Positions 36,758-48,100 of a stretch of DNA of 64,000 bases are shown here, piece after piece (position 1 is the stretch's first letter; every line of letters starts with the position of its first letter). Both the position numbers and the translations under genes were made by a program. Source of the stretch: Coprobacillus sp. (GTDB lineage Bacteria > Bacillota_I > Bacilli_A > RFN20 > CAG-826); NCBI GenBank assembly GCA_021203905.1, contig JAJQAG010000004.1, positions 129,939 to 193,938 on the forward strand, given 5' to 3'. The notes under the pieces are model-generated. The model was not told where the DNA came from. It did no database searches and worked only from the letters and a program-made list of their open reading frames with translations.

Positions 36758-37397
36758 TGCGGATTCCTTTTTTCAAACTCTTCTGTATTTCCCGATAATT
36801 TGGACAATACTTATACACGATATTATAGAAGTTTTGGGAGTGGTCAAAATAGAAATAATGGGCTAATTCGTGAACGATAACTGTGTCAATAATCTCAGGA
36901 TCATAATGAACAAGCATCATCGCAAAAGTTAAAGTGTGAGTCTTAAGAGAGTTCGTGCCCCATCTAGTCTTCATCACTCTCACTCTTACATTATATGGCT
37001 CTTTGATAGACATTAAATCCTCGTAATAGTTCACTCTTCCCACTAAATATTCCTTAAACATCTTCTTAAGTTTCCTATCAAGTTCTTCCTTTGATTCATA
37101 TTCAATGGAGGGATAATTAGTAAAATCGATGGAACCATTAGGAAGAGTTAAATCCGCTTTACGACCAAAGATATAGATAAATTTGTCAGTGTATAAAACT
37201 TGTGCTTCCGCTTTATCAACGAGCTTTCTCGCAAACTTATCAAGACCTTCGCGGATCTTCTTTTCACTTGTTAAATAAGGACAGGTTACTTTGAATTTTC
37301 CATCAAAAAATCTGTAGCGGATGCTCTTCATTTGTTTGGGGTAAATATTGACGATATAATCCACTCCATCAAGGCTATAAGTAATCTGATTTTTCAT
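36750..37397 (-). CDS. YgjP-like (DUF45) HExxH metal-dependent hydrolase
   Basis: 215 aa with a C-terminal VIVHELAHYFYFDHSQNFYNIV, which matches the DUF45/YgjP signature. Confidence 0.8.
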   Translation of the reverse strand: MKNQITYSLDGVDYIVNIYPKQMKSIRYRFFDGKFKVTCPYLTSEKKIREGLDKFARKLVDKAEAQVLYTDKFIYIFGRKADLTLPNGSIDFTNYPSIEYESKEELDRKLKKMFKEYLVGRVNYYEDLMSIKEPYNVRVRVMKTRWGTNSLKTHTLTFAMMLVHYDPEIIDTVIVHELAHYFYFDHSQNFYNIVYKYCPNYREIQKSLKKGIRND

Positions 37398-37403
37398 CGC
37401 TTT

Positions 37404-37409
37404 ATTATA
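37404..37409 (-). promoter_or_regulatory. TATAAT box 6 nt upstream of the ygjP-like ATG
   Basis: The minus strand reads TATAAT-AAAGCG-ATG with no SD. Confidence 0.45.
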
Positions 37410-37450
37410 ACTTGATTTGACCTTTAATTTATATATAAAATTAAGGAGCG

Positions 37451-37915
37451 ATGAAAAAAGAAAAAATCCTTATCTCCTCTTGTTTGGTGGGCGATAAAGT
37501 TCGCTACGACGGGAGAAGTAATCAAGTGGATTCTCTTGATGAACTTCTCGAGAAGTATGAACTCGTCCCTTTTTGTAGTGAAGTTGAAGGAGGATTACGT
37601 GTTCCTCGAGCTCCGAGTGAAAGAGAAGGAGATAGAGTAATTAACTCCTTAGGTAAAGATGTCACAAAGCAATACCACCTTGGAGCGGAGAGGGCTTTAA
37701 ATATCTGTAAGTATTTAGGAATCACGAAAGCGATTCTTAAAGATAAGTCTCCCGCTTGCGGAGTGTATGAAATCTATGATGGAACCTTTGCCCACAAAAA
37801 GAAAAAAGGCGAGGGCACTACCACCGCCTTACTTCGAGAAAACGGCATCACTGTCTATAGTGAAAAAGATATCCCTCAATTACTTAATAATTCGAATTTT
37901 GACGCTGATGATTAA
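37451..37915 (+). CDS. DUF523 protein (TudS-like thiouracil desulfurase family)
   Basis: 154 aa with ILISSCLVGDKVRYDG, FCSEVEGGLRVPR and KSPACG. The three conserved Cys positions are typical of DUF523. Confidence 0.8.
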   Translation: MKKEKILISSCLVGDKVRYDGRSNQVDSLDELLEKYELVPFCSEVEGGLRVPRAPSEREGDRVINSLGKDVTKQYHLGAERALNICKYLGITKAILKDKSPACGVYEIYDGTFAHKKKKGEGTTTALLRENGITVYSEKDIPQLLNNSNFDADD

Positions 37916-38375
37916 CTTGCATCTTTTTAAGATAAGCTTCAATTAATTCATCCATTTCAAATCCGAGGGGATGGATAAGAGAGAGAAAACAACTAAAGGC
38001 CTTCATATAGGTCCTTTCATTTTGTTTTTTAAGGAAAGAAAGAACAAGATCATAGAGATGGAGGAAGTGTTGGTTCACATCATCTTTATCCTTACTATAG
38101 GGAATATGGTAACTCTTCACTCCAATATCGATGCCAAGAGAGAGAAAGAAATGCACTCCATCACTATATTCGTCAAGAACTCTTTCTTTGCTCTCGCTGC
38201 CTTTATTGCTCCAATATTTAAAGCATCTTGTGGAATTAATGAGTTCCCCAATTTCCACAAGCAAAGCAAGGAGCCTTCTCGTCCTCGTTGAGGCATAAGT
38301 GACATTATGCCTTTCACAAATTTCCGTATCTAAGTTCTTTTGAAGAGCATAGAGAGAAGAGAGATCAACTTCCAT
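37884..38375 (-). CDS. all-alpha (dimeric-type) dUTP diphosphatase family protein
   Basis: 163 aa with LALLVEIGELINSTRCFKYWS and VLDEYSDGVHFFLSLG, which match my recollection of the dUTPase_2 family. Its 3' end overlaps DUF523 by 32 nt in convergent orientation. Confidence 0.75.
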   Translation of the reverse strand: MEVDLSSLYALQKNLDTEICERHNVTYASTRTRRLLALLVEIGELINSTRCFKYWSNKGSESKERVLDEYSDGVHFFLSLGIDIGVKSYHIPYSKDKDDVNQHFLHLYDLVLSFLKKQNERTYMKAFSCFLSLIHPLGFEMDELIEAYLKKMQVNHQRQNSNY

Positions 38376-40789
38376 TAGTCATCCCCCGTCACCTTGTGGA
38401 GGTGCCAAATATCTTGGACGTATTCTTCAATGGTACGATCACTAGTGAAGTAACCACTATTGGCGACATTCATTAAGCACATCGTTGCCCACTTATCATG
38501 GTTAGCGTAGAGCTTTTGAATCTTTTCATTGGCAGTGACATAAGCATCAAAATCTTTGAGAATGAAGTAGTTATCACGACCATTCATAATCTCATCAAAG
38601 ATCATTCTGAAGCGGTCTTGATGATAGAAGCACCATGGTCCATTAAAGAGAGAATCAAGAACGTTTTTAATGCGATAATCACTATTATAGATATCCCATG
38701 GATCATATTTTCCAGAGTTAGCTAACTCCTCTACTTCTTGCGCGGTTAAACCAAAGATGACAGCGTTATCTTTTCCGCAGGCATCGACAATCTCGATATT
38801 CGCTCCATCAAGAGTGCCAAGAGTAACTGCTCCATTCATCATAAGCTTCATATTAGAAGTTCCACTGGCTTCTTTACCAGCGGTTGAAATCTGAACGCTG
38901 ACATCGCTTGCGGGGATAATGAGCTCCGCAAGGGTGACACCATAGTTCTCAATAAAGACCACTTTGAGATACTTATTGGTTTCTTCATCCGCATTAACGA
39001 CATCCGCTACCGCTAAGATTAACTTAATAATCTCTTTAGCGTATTCATAACTTGGCGCCGCTTTTGCGCCAAAGAAGAAGGTCATAGGATGAGGTCGATA
39101 TGAAGGATCATCTTTCATCTTTTGATAGAGGTACATGACATAGAAAATATTTAAGAGTTGTCGCTTATAAGCATGGAGTCTCTTAATCTGGACAATAAAG
39201 ATAGAATCAGTATCGACATCAATGCCATTATGTTGTTTGACATACTCCGCTAATTTGACTTTACTATCGTGCTTAATTTCTTGAAAATCCTTCAAAACTT
39301 CCTTATCTTTAGCGAATTTCTCAAAATCTTTAATCTTACTAAAGTCTGTAATCCAGTCCTCTCCAATACATCTTGTAATGAGATCTGCTAGTTCGGGATT
39401 AGCATTTAATAACCACCTTCTATGGGTGACACCATTGGTCTTGTTATTAAATTTAGTGGGGTAGTATTCATTAAAATCTTTAAAGGTAATTTGTTTTAAG
39501 ATGTTGGTGTGGATTGAGGCCACACCATTAACGGAGAAGGCGGTGACAATGGCAAGATTACACATATGGATTTGTCCATCTTTAATAATCGCCATGCTCT
39601 GTTTCTTTTCTTCGGAAACATGCTTCTCAGTAAGCTCAATCATGAAGCGACGATTAATCTCTTCAATAATCATATAGACACGAGGAATAAGGGTCTGGAC
39701 ATATCTCACTGGCCACTTCTCAAGGGCTTCTGGCATCACTGTGTGATTGGTAAAGGCCATGCAGTGGGTGACCTCTTTCCAAGCATCATCCCACTCCATA
39801 TTGTAGTCATCGAGAAGAATTCTCATCATCTCCGGGATGGCAAGGATCGGATGGGTATCGTTGAGTTGGAAAACATATTGATCGCTGATGCCCACCACGG
39901 TTCCGTGATGCTTATAATATGATTTCACTGTGGATTGCACTCCCGCCGAGACAAGGAAGTATTGTTGACGGAGTCTTAAAAGTTTCCCGTGCTCGGTCGT
40001 ATCATCAGGATAGAGACCATGACATAACTCTTCAATTGAGTGTAAATACTCCTCAAAAGAAGTGTTTTTAGGAAGATTTTCAGTTGAGGGCTCCGCATTC
40101 CATAGTCTTAAATAGTTAGTAATTTGATTACGATATCCGACGACAGGAACATCATAAGGAACCGCGGTGATATGAAGAGCGTTACCCGTCTTCATCCCAT
40201 ACGTTCCATCAGGTTTAAGATAGCTTTCAGGGTTTCCATAGAACTGGACATCGACCGCATATTTTATTCTTCTTATCTCCCAGACATTCCCGTTGGTGAG
40301 CCATTGGTCAGGAAGTTCTTCTTGTCTTCCTTGATCGAGTTTCTGACGGAAGAAACCATAGTGATAACGAATCGTGTTACCATGACCGATATAGCCCAAA
40401 GAGGCAATCGAATCGAGGAAGCACGCAGCGAGACGACCAAGTCCACCATTACCGAGACCCGCATCACTCTCAAGCTCTTCGAGTTCATGAATATTAATTC
40501 CTAAATCTTTGAGTCCATCTTTCGCCACTTGATAGATGCCAAGATTTTGCATATTGTTCACTAAAAGTCTGCCAATAAGGAATTCCATAGAGAAATAAAT
40601 AAGGGTTCTCTCGTGTTTACTCACAGTGAGATTATGAGTTTTGACATAGTCAACATTCGCGTAATCTCTCACCATTTCCCCTAAGATTTGATATTGCTCG
40701 GTGGCGTGAGAGTTATAGACATCCACGCCATATCTCTCAATCATTCGTCGAGTAAACTCTTCCTTAAAATCATTTTTACTATCAAACAT
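38375..40789 (-). CDS. glgP: glycogen/maltodextrin phosphorylase
   Basis: 804 aa with the PLP-site motif EASGTSNMKLMMNGA. It is GT35-like over its full length. Confidence 0.97.
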   Translation of the reverse strand: MFDSKNDFKEEFTRRMIERYGVDVYNSHATEQYQILGEMVRDYANVDYVKTHNLTVSKHERTLIYFSMEFLIGRLLVNNMQNLGIYQVAKDGLKDLGINIHELEELESDAGLGNGGLGRLAACFLDSIASLGYIGHGNTIRYHYGFFRQKLDQGRQEELPDQWLTNGNVWEIRRIKYAVDVQFYGNPESYLKPDGTYGMKTGNALHITAVPYDVPVVGYRNQITNYLRLWNAEPSTENLPKNTSFEEYLHSIEELCHGLYPDDTTEHGKLLRLRQQYFLVSAGVQSTVKSYYKHHGTVVGISDQYVFQLNDTHPILAIPEMMRILLDDYNMEWDDAWKEVTHCMAFTNHTVMPEALEKWPVRYVQTLIPRVYMIIEEINRRFMIELTEKHVSEEKKQSMAIIKDGQIHMCNLAIVTAFSVNGVASIHTNILKQITFKDFNEYYPTKFNNKTNGVTHRRWLLNANPELADLITRCIGEDWITDFSKIKDFEKFAKDKEVLKDFQEIKHDSKVKLAEYVKQHNGIDVDTDSIFIVQIKRLHAYKRQLLNIFYVMYLYQKMKDDPSYRPHPMTFFFGAKAAPSYEYAKEIIKLILAVADVVNADEETNKYLKVVFIENYGVTLAELIIPASDVSVQISTAGKEASGTSNMKLMMNGAVTLGTLDGANIEIVDACGKDNAVIFGLTAQEVEELANSGKYDPWDIYNSDYRIKNVLDSLFNGPWCFYHQDRFRMIFDEIMNGRDNYFILKDFDAYVTANEKIQKLYANHDKWATMCLMNVANSGYFTSDRTIEEYVQDIWHLHKVTGDD

Positions 40790-40840
40790 AAGTGATCCTC
40801 CTTTCCAAAATAAAAAATAGGATGAATAGTTTGGTATTAA

Positions 40841-42700
40841 TTATTTAACTTTTTTAAAGATACACGCGGCAAGAGTGCCAAGCTTAATAGTGATGTGATA
40901 GGGTTTTCCTTCACTACCACCTAAACCAGTGGTAAGGGGGAGACCATTATATTGGTTCCACCCACCATAGACATCTTTATCACTATTAAAGATTTCTTCG
41001 TACTCCCCCTCTTCTATGACGGGAATGTCATAGTCGGGGTAAAACTCTGTCGTCATATTAAAGACAAACACCAAGAGATCATCATCCACTTTTCTTTGGA
41101 AAGCAAAGACAGATTGATCTCTGTTATCCACCATCAACCACTGGAAATGAATGGGATTATATTCTTCCCAGTACATGGCTTTTTCATGACAATAAATTCT
41201 ATTTAAGTCTCTTACAGTTCTTGAGACAGAATCATGCTTTGGATAAGACTTCAGATTCCAGGGGAGAGATTTATTTTCATTCCACTCATCAAAGGAACCG
41301 AGTTCGTTACCCATGAAGTTGAGTTTTTTACCAGGATGTGCAAACTGATAAGTATATAAGTTCCTTAATATGGCAAACTTACAATCATAGTCACCCCAGA
41401 GTTTATTAATAATAGTTCCCTTTCCATGCACGACTTCGTCGTGACTAAGGGGAAGAAGGAAGTTATCAGAATAGAAATATGCCATCGAGAAGGTGAGTTT
41501 GTTGTGGTCATATTTCTTATATATCGGATCAAGAGAGTAATACTTAAGGGTGTCGTTCATCCATCCAAGGTCCCACTTATAATCAAAGCCAAGACCTCCT
41601 TGATCTGTGCCTTTGGTCACCAAAGCGTAGTCACTCGAATCTTCCGCAATCATCATCACGGTGTCGTGAGCGATATGCATCTTCCCATTGAGTCTTTTAA
41701 TAAACTCCACCGCTCCTTCATTAAGGCCGTTACTCTTATCCCCATTATAGAAGATGATATTAGAGACCGCGTCCACTCTAATACCATCAAAGTGGTAATA
41801 ATCAACAAAGAAGTTCATCGCACTCATAAGGAAGCTTCTCACTGGATCTTTTCCAAGGTCAAATTGGAGGGAACCCCAAGGAGAAACTCTCCATCTATTT
41901 GAATATTCAAATAGTTTTGTGCCATCAAAATCCGCAAGAGCCCACTTATCGTTAGCGAAGTGAACAGGAGCAAAGTCTAAGATGACTCCGATATTAGCCT
42001 GATGTAAACGATCAATTAAAGACATTAATTGGAAGGGGTTTCCATACCTTGAATCCACTGAATAGAAACCTGTGGCTTGATAGCCCCAGCTTCCGTCAAA
42101 GGGATATTGAACAATCGGCATAATCTCAATATGGGTAAACCCATGTTCTTGAATATAAGGAATAAGATAATCCGCGATTTCTTCATAGGAGAGGACATGA
42201 CCATCCATAGCTCTCCCTTTCCAACTTCCAAGGTGCATTTCATAGATTGACATGGGTTGATCAAAGTTACGACTTCTTGACGCTAACCAAGGATCATCAT
42301 GCCACATGAAGTTATTGATATCGAATAACCTGGAACAAGTTCCAGGACGGAGTTCACTATAAAAAGCGAAAGGATCCGCACGATCAACATAGTTCCCTTT
42401 CGCATCTTTAAAATGGAATTTATATGATTGATAACTCACGAGGTGAGGAACAAAGACTTCCCACACTCCGCAGTCATCAACTTTGTGCATCTTATCTCTT
42501 CCGACATCCCACTCATTCCACTCTCCAATGACAGAGACGTCACTCGCACATGGAGCGTATAATCTAAATACAACACCATCTTCTTGGTCAAGTTTCACAA
42601 AGTGGGCACCAAAATACTTGTATGCCTCAAGTGTCTGACCCATAAGGAAGTCGTAAAGTAAACCAAATGCCATATTTAGAAACGAATGATTGAATATCAT
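40841..42700 (-). CDS. glgB: 1,4-alpha-glucan branching enzyme
   Basis: 619 aa with an N-terminal CBM48-like domain plus GH13 catalytic motifs (GIRVDAV, EDSS). The start could instead be ATG 42673. Confidence 0.95.
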   Translation of the reverse strand: MIFNHSFLNMAFGLLYDFLMGQTLEAYKYFGAHFVKLDQEDGVVFRLYAPCASDVSVIGEWNEWDVGRDKMHKVDDCGVWEVFVPHLVSYQSYKFHFKDAKGNYVDRADPFAFYSELRPGTCSRLFDINNFMWHDDPWLASRSRNFDQPMSIYEMHLGSWKGRAMDGHVLSYEEIADYLIPYIQEHGFTHIEIMPIVQYPFDGSWGYQATGFYSVDSRYGNPFQLMSLIDRLHQANIGVILDFAPVHFANDKWALADFDGTKLFEYSNRWRVSPWGSLQFDLGKDPVRSFLMSAMNFFVDYYHFDGIRVDAVSNIIFYNGDKSNGLNEGAVEFIKRLNGKMHIAHDTVMMIAEDSSDYALVTKGTDQGGLGFDYKWDLGWMNDTLKYYSLDPIYKKYDHNKLTFSMAYFYSDNFLLPLSHDEVVHGKGTIINKLWGDYDCKFAILRNLYTYQFAHPGKKLNFMGNELGSFDEWNENKSLPWNLKSYPKHDSVSRTVRDLNRIYCHEKAMYWEEYNPIHFQWLMVDNRDQSVFAFQRKVDDDLLVFVFNMTTEFYPDYDIPVIEEGEYEEIFNSDKDVYGGWNQYNGLPLTTGLGGSEGKPYHITIKLGTLAACIFKKVK

Positions 42701-42810
42701 TCTCTACTAAAAGTATAATGAGAACGGGTCAAATTTCATACTAAAAATTAATCTAAGATAATTTTTTATATGAGATGTGATATAGTAAAGAAATTAGAGA
42801 CGAGGTAGTT

Positions 42811-44025
42811 ATGGCAAAAGTAATGACAATCAATTCCGGAAGCTCCACTGTAAAGTTTAAACTTTACGAAATGCCGGAAGAAAAAGTTTTATGTTCAGGA
42901 AACTGTGAAAGAATCGGTGAAAAAACCGGAATTTTCACCTTTAAATGGGGTGATCAAAAAGAAGTCGATGACAAGATTGTCTTTCCCACTCACGGAGAGG
43001 CCGCTCAAAAGGTGATTGCCACCATTAAAGAAAAAGGAATTATTAAAGACTTTAGTGAAATAGAAGCCATTGGTCATCGTATCGTCCAAGGTGGTAAATA
43101 CTTCAGTGAGAGTGCTCTCTTTACAGAGGAGAACGAGAAGCTCATTGAATCTCTTATTCCTCTCGCTCCTCTTCATAATGCCGCACATTTAGCGTGCTAT
43201 CGAGCTTTTAAGGAAGTCTTACCCGATACTCCCGCCATTGCGGTCTTTGATACTGCGTATCATCAATCTATGGAAGAAGAGGATTATCTCTTTGCCATTC
43301 CTTATGAATTAAGTGAGAAATATAGCATCAGACGTTATGGAGCCCATGGCACCAGTCATCAATATCTCGCTCAAGAATGTAAGAAATACTTAGGTAAGAA
43401 TAAAGATCCCAAGATTATTACTTGTCATATTGGTTCAGGTGCCTCTATCACCGCGACAAGAAACTATAAATGTGTAGCCACTTCTATGGGACTTACACCT
43501 TTAGGGGGCATCATGATGGGGACAAGAACTGGAGATATGGATCCAAGTGTCTTTAATTATCTTGTTCAAGTCACTGGTCAGAGTGCGGAAGAGGTCTATC
43601 AGATGCTCAATAAGAAATCTGGCTTACTCGGTGTCAGTCAAATCTCTAATGATTCGAGAGATGTCTACGCGGCATTTGAAGCGGGTGACCCCAGAGCCAT
43701 TAGAACGATTAAACTCTTTAATCGACGTATTGCCGACTACATCGGACAATACTATGTCCGTCTAGGAGGATGTGATATCCTTGTGTGGTCCGCGGGAATT
43801 GGAGAGAATGAACCGAGGACAAGAAGAGATGTCTGTCGTCTCCTCCACGATTCTCTTGGAGTGGAGATTGATGAAAAACTCAATGAGACAATCCACGGCA
43901 CAGAAGCTGTCATCTCCACAAAGAAGAGCAAGATTAAGGTTGTGGTTATCCCCACAGATGAGGAAGTGATGATTGCTAGAGATGCCTTAAGAATTGCTAC
44001 CTCCTTAAAAGAAGGAAAGAAATAA
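42811..44025 (+). CDS. ackA: acetate kinase
   Basis: 404 aa with INSGSSTVKFKLYE, HRIVQGG and GAHGTSH motifs. Confidence 0.97.
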   Translation: MAKVMTINSGSSTVKFKLYEMPEEKVLCSGNCERIGEKTGIFTFKWGDQKEVDDKIVFPTHGEAAQKVIATIKEKGIIKDFSEIEAIGHRIVQGGKYFSESALFTEENEKLIESLIPLAPLHNAAHLACYRAFKEVLPDTPAIAVFDTAYHQSMEEEDYLFAIPYELSEKYSIRRYGAHGTSHQYLAQECKKYLGKNKDPKIITCHIGSGASITATRNYKCVATSMGLTPLGGIMMGTRTGDMDPSVFNYLVQVTGQSAEEVYQMLNKKSGLLGVSQISNDSRDVYAAFEAGDPRAIRTIKLFNRRIADYIGQYYVRLGGCDILVWSAGIGENEPRTRRDVCRLLHDSLGVEIDEKLNETIHGTEAVISTKKSKIKVVVIPTDEEVMIARDALRIATSLKEGKK

Positions 44026-45020
44026 TGGCGAAAGAAAAAAGCGAAATTCAAAAGTATCAAAACCGATATAGTGAGCAATACAAACATATTCTCTCTAAAA
44101 TTGAGCAATACGATAATATCGTCATCTTCAGGCATATAATGCCTGACTATGATTGTCTTGGAACGCAAATTGGTCTTTATACATGGATAAAAGATAACTA
44201 TCCACATAAGAATGTAAAGATTGTTGGGGATAATCATGTGACCTTTACTCCAAGACTCTTTCCCGTGATGGATGTTTTACATGATGGAGATTTTGAGAAA
44301 CCATTTCTCGCTCTTATAGTGGATGCCTCTAATGCCTCAAGAGTGGCGGATCCAAGATGGGAGAAAGCGGAATATAAGATTAAGATTGATCATCACCCTG
44401 ATGTGGAGAACTTCACTGACTATAAATTAGTGGATGACAAGATGGTCGCTTGCGCGGAACTGCTCTGTAATATGCTCTTTGGCGTAAAACATAAAGTGAT
44501 GAGTGAAGAAGCCGCCAAATACTTCTTTATTGGAATCATAGGCGACTCTGGAAGATTACAGTATCCTTCCACGACTGTCCATACCTTTGAGATTGTGGAA
44601 AAGTTAATGAGATGTGGGATAAATATTGATAAGATTTATCAAAACATGTATGTGAAGAAAATTGAAGATCTCAACGTTACCGCTTACATCTTAAATCACT
44701 TCACAGTCAGCGACCATGGTGTGGCCTATTATATCCTTGATCTTGAAACCCAGGATCGTCTTCATATCACCACTGAAAGAGGGAAGGAGAATGTCAATCT
44801 CTTCTCTAACATTGATGGCATCAATGCCTGGTGCTCAATCACAGAAGATGGGAAAGATCACTGTTGGAGAGTCTCAATAAGAAGCAAAGAGAAAGCCATT
44901 AATGGTGTGGCGGCGATGTTTGAAGGCGGAGGTCATGACCATGCCTCCGGGGCAAAACTTTGGTCTTTGGATGATCTACCAAGACTTATAGAAGAACTCG
45001 ATAAACTCTTTATTGAGTAA
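44025..45020 (+). CDS. nrnA: DHH-family phosphoesterase (NrnA-like nanoRNase / pAp phosphatase)
   Basis: 331 aa with DHH (KIDHHPD) and DHHA1 GGGH (FEGGGHDHASGA) motifs. It is TAATG-coupled to ackA. Confidence 0.88.
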   Translation: MAKEKSEIQKYQNRYSEQYKHILSKIEQYDNIVIFRHIMPDYDCLGTQIGLYTWIKDNYPHKNVKIVGDNHVTFTPRLFPVMDVLHDGDFEKPFLALIVDASNASRVADPRWEKAEYKIKIDHHPDVENFTDYKLVDDKMVACAELLCNMLFGVKHKVMSEEAAKYFFIGIIGDSGRLQYPSTTVHTFEIVEKLMRCGINIDKIYQNMYVKKIEDLNVTAYILNHFTVSDHGVAYYILDLETQDRLHITTERGKENVNLFSNIDGINAWCSITEDGKDHCWRVSIRSKEKAINGVAAMFEGGGHDHASGAKLWSLDDLPRLIEELDKLFIE

Positions 45021-45036
45021 GAATAAAACAAGAAGC

Positions 45037-45072
45037 AAAAATACCTTTATCACAAAAAGGTATTTTTCTTTA
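45037..45072 (+). terminator. terminator after nrnA
   Basis: AAATACCTT-(9-nt loop)-AAGGTATTT followed by TTCTTTAT. Confidence 0.75.
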
Positions 45073-45097
45073 TAAGAAAAGGTAGAGAGTTTATAAT
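45069..45097 (+). promoter_or_regulatory. dnaE promoter, leaderless-type
   Basis: TTTATA (45069-45074), 17 nt, TATAAT (45092-45097), then AAACTT and the ATG at 45104. No SD within reach. Confidence 0.5.
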
Positions 45098-45103
45098 AAA
45101 CTT

Positions 45104-48100
45104 ATGTTTACACCCTTAAGAATTATTACTGGTTATACTTTTCTTTCTAGCGGTTTATCGGTTGATAAAACTGTTGGATATTTAAAGAAAACCAATTATC
45201 TCGGAGCGGGCATTTGTGACCGTGGGGTTTTATATGGTTTAGCAGAGTTCTATCACCTCATGAAAGGCATTGATAAAAAACCCATTGTGGGTATAGAACT
45301 CGTCATTGATTCTTTAGTGTGCGCGATTTACATCATTAGTGAAGAGAGCTATCGCGATATGTGTCAATTAAGCGCACTGCTCGATGAGTATGAAGTCTCC
45401 TTAAAAGACATTGAAAGATTCACGAAGAACTCCCTTGTCGTGATCGATACAAGCACAGATTCTTTCCAAGCCTTGTTTGAGAATGACCTAGAGATGAGAA
45501 AGAAACTTCTCTCTTTTTCAAAAGCCTTTAAAGAATGCTATTTAGGAATCGAAGTCATTAGCAAAGAAGATAAACTTAAAGCGGATCGCGTCAGAAAGTT
45601 TGCTCGTCAATATCCCTATCCTTTAGTGGCTTTCCCTAAGATCCGCTACAAAAAAGAAGAAGACGCCATCTCAATTAAGATCGCAGAGGCTATAAGAGAT
45701 AGTGCTAATCTTGAAGAGAAAAGTGCTACTGGAGAAGAGTGCTTCCACGATGAAAGTTATTATCAGCAAAGATATACAAAAGAAGAAATTGATAACACGG
45801 AGAAGATTCTTTCTTCCTCTACTTTTGATTACTTTATGAAGAGAGGAAAAATGATCCATTATTCCGATGAAAGCGATAAAAACCTTTTAAAAGAGAGGGC
45901 TTTTAAAGGACTAGAAAGTAAAAACCTTGCAAATCAGGAATATGTCGAGAGATTAAACTATGAACTCGAAGTTATTGAAGAAATGGGCTATAACGACTAC
46001 TTTTTAGTGGTGGCCGATTATGTGAGATATGCGAGAGAAAATCATATTCTAACCGGTCCTGGAAGAGGTAGCGCGGGTGGTTCTCTTGTCGCCTATGCCC
46101 TGGGGATTACCACAATTGATCCCATAAAGCATAGTTTGAGATTTGAAAGATTTTTAAATAAATCTCGTAAGTCCATGCCAGATATCGATGTCGATTTCGC
46201 GGATAATCGTCGTGATGAAGTCGTTGAGTATGTAAGAGAGAAGTATGGAAAGAATCGAGTAGCTAATATCGTTACTTTCCAAACTATTGGCGCGAAGCAA
46301 GCTCTAAGAGATATCGGAAGAGTCTATCAATATAAAAACTCCCATATCGATCGACTTTGTAAAATGCTTGGGAAAAGCGATGTTAGTTTAAGAGAGAGCT
46401 ACCTCACAAACAAGATATTTAAAGAAGAGGTTGATCGCGATAAGTATGTCTTAGAGATTGTCACCTTAGCCTCTAAGATTGAAGGTCTTCCCCGACAAAG
46501 TGGCCAACATGCCGCGGGTATTGTTTTAAATGATGAACCCCTAGAGAACGCTATCCCCATCACTAAGGATTTTGATGGTAACTATATTGTCCAATATGAG
46601 ATGACATACCTTGAAGAAGATGGATTCTTAAAGATGGATTTTTTAGGACTAAAGAACCTCACTATTATCGATAACTGTGTCGCTCTCATCAACAGAACTG
46701 AACATCTCCATCTCGATCCCTTTAATCTCGATTGGGACAAGAAAGAAGCATATGAAGTTATCTCTCGCGGAGAGACCATGGGTCTCTTCCAGATAGAAAG
46801 TGAAGGTATGCTTAAATCAATAAGAGAAATCCAACCAACCTGTTTTGATGATATCGTCGCCCTGCTCGCTCTCTTTAGACCTGGACCCATGAGCTCTATC
46901 CCTATGTACGCAAAAAGAAAGAAAGGTTTAGAGAAAGTCACCTATCTCTCTAAAGATATGGAAAGGATTCTTGCTCCAACCTATGGAATTATCGTCTATC
47001 AAGAACAGATTAACGAAATCGCTACCACTATGGCGGCTCTTAGTCCTGATGAAGCGGATAATTTTAGAAGAGCAGTCTCGAAAAAGGATGCCACCAAAAT
47101 GGTGGGTCTTGAGAGAGAATTCATCGAAGGAGCAAAGAAAAATGGTTATAGCGAAAAAGATAGTAAAGAGACCTTTAAGCTCATCGAAAAGTTTGCAGAA
47201 TACGGATTTAATAAATCACATGCTGTAGGTTATGCAGTGGTAACGGTTGAGATGGCGTACCTTAAAGCCTTATACCCCTTACAATTCTATGCTTGTATCC
47301 TTGATAGCACCTCAGGTAGCGATCCTAAGTTCAACCAATATCTTGTGGAGATGAGAAAGAACAATTACAATGTCGCTCTTCCTTCTATTAACTACTCCAC
47401 GGCGAGATTTGAAATTAAAGATAATACTCTTCTTTATCCATTAACTGGAATTAAAGGACTTAATGTCCCTAATGCCTACGATATCTTAAGAGAAAGAGAA
47501 ATCAACGGAAAGTTCGAAGACTTCTATTCGTTTGTGACGAGAATGTTCCCCTACCACTTCACGGAAAACATGGTCACTAAACTTATTGATGCAGGAGCCT
47601 TTGATGAGATGAATCCTTCTCGTGCTTCTTTAAGAGCGTCAATTCTCTATGCTTTCCAACTTGCTAAACTCTCCGTTGGAGAGAATGGACAACTTACTTT
47701 AGGATTATCTCTCCCGAAACCCAAGATTATCGTCGATAAAGATGACTTAAAAGACAATCTCGAGAGAGAAAAAGAATGTTTAGGGACAAATCTCTCTAAG
47801 AGTCCACTCTCTTATAGACAAGATTTACTTGCCGCTAATGAGGTCACACCTCTTGAAAAGGTGACGGCCTATAATAAGACCTATAATGTCGCGGGAATGG
47901 TTCTCTCAGTAAAAAAGATAACCACTAAGAATAAACAGAATATGGCATACATTAAGATCTTTGATGATGTCACTGAACTAGAAGTCACTGTATTCCCATC
48001 ACTATATGAGAAAGTCTTTGATTTACTCACTAACTACAATTGTCTCCTTATTAGAGGAAAGAAAGATCAACAATCCTTTATCGCGGAGGACATTAAACTA

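Noticed and set aside
42701-42810. Coding-strand switch from almost all minus (0-42.7 kb) to mostly plus (42.8-63.4 kb) at the glgB/ackA divergent spacer, which could mark a replication origin.
   Set aside because: There is no DnaA box, no dnaA/dnaN and no extended AT-rich unwinding element in this 110-nt spacer. The pattern is equally well explained by an inversion breakpoint relative to the Bacillus gene order. A genome-wide cumulative GC-skew analysis, which I cannot do here, would settle it.
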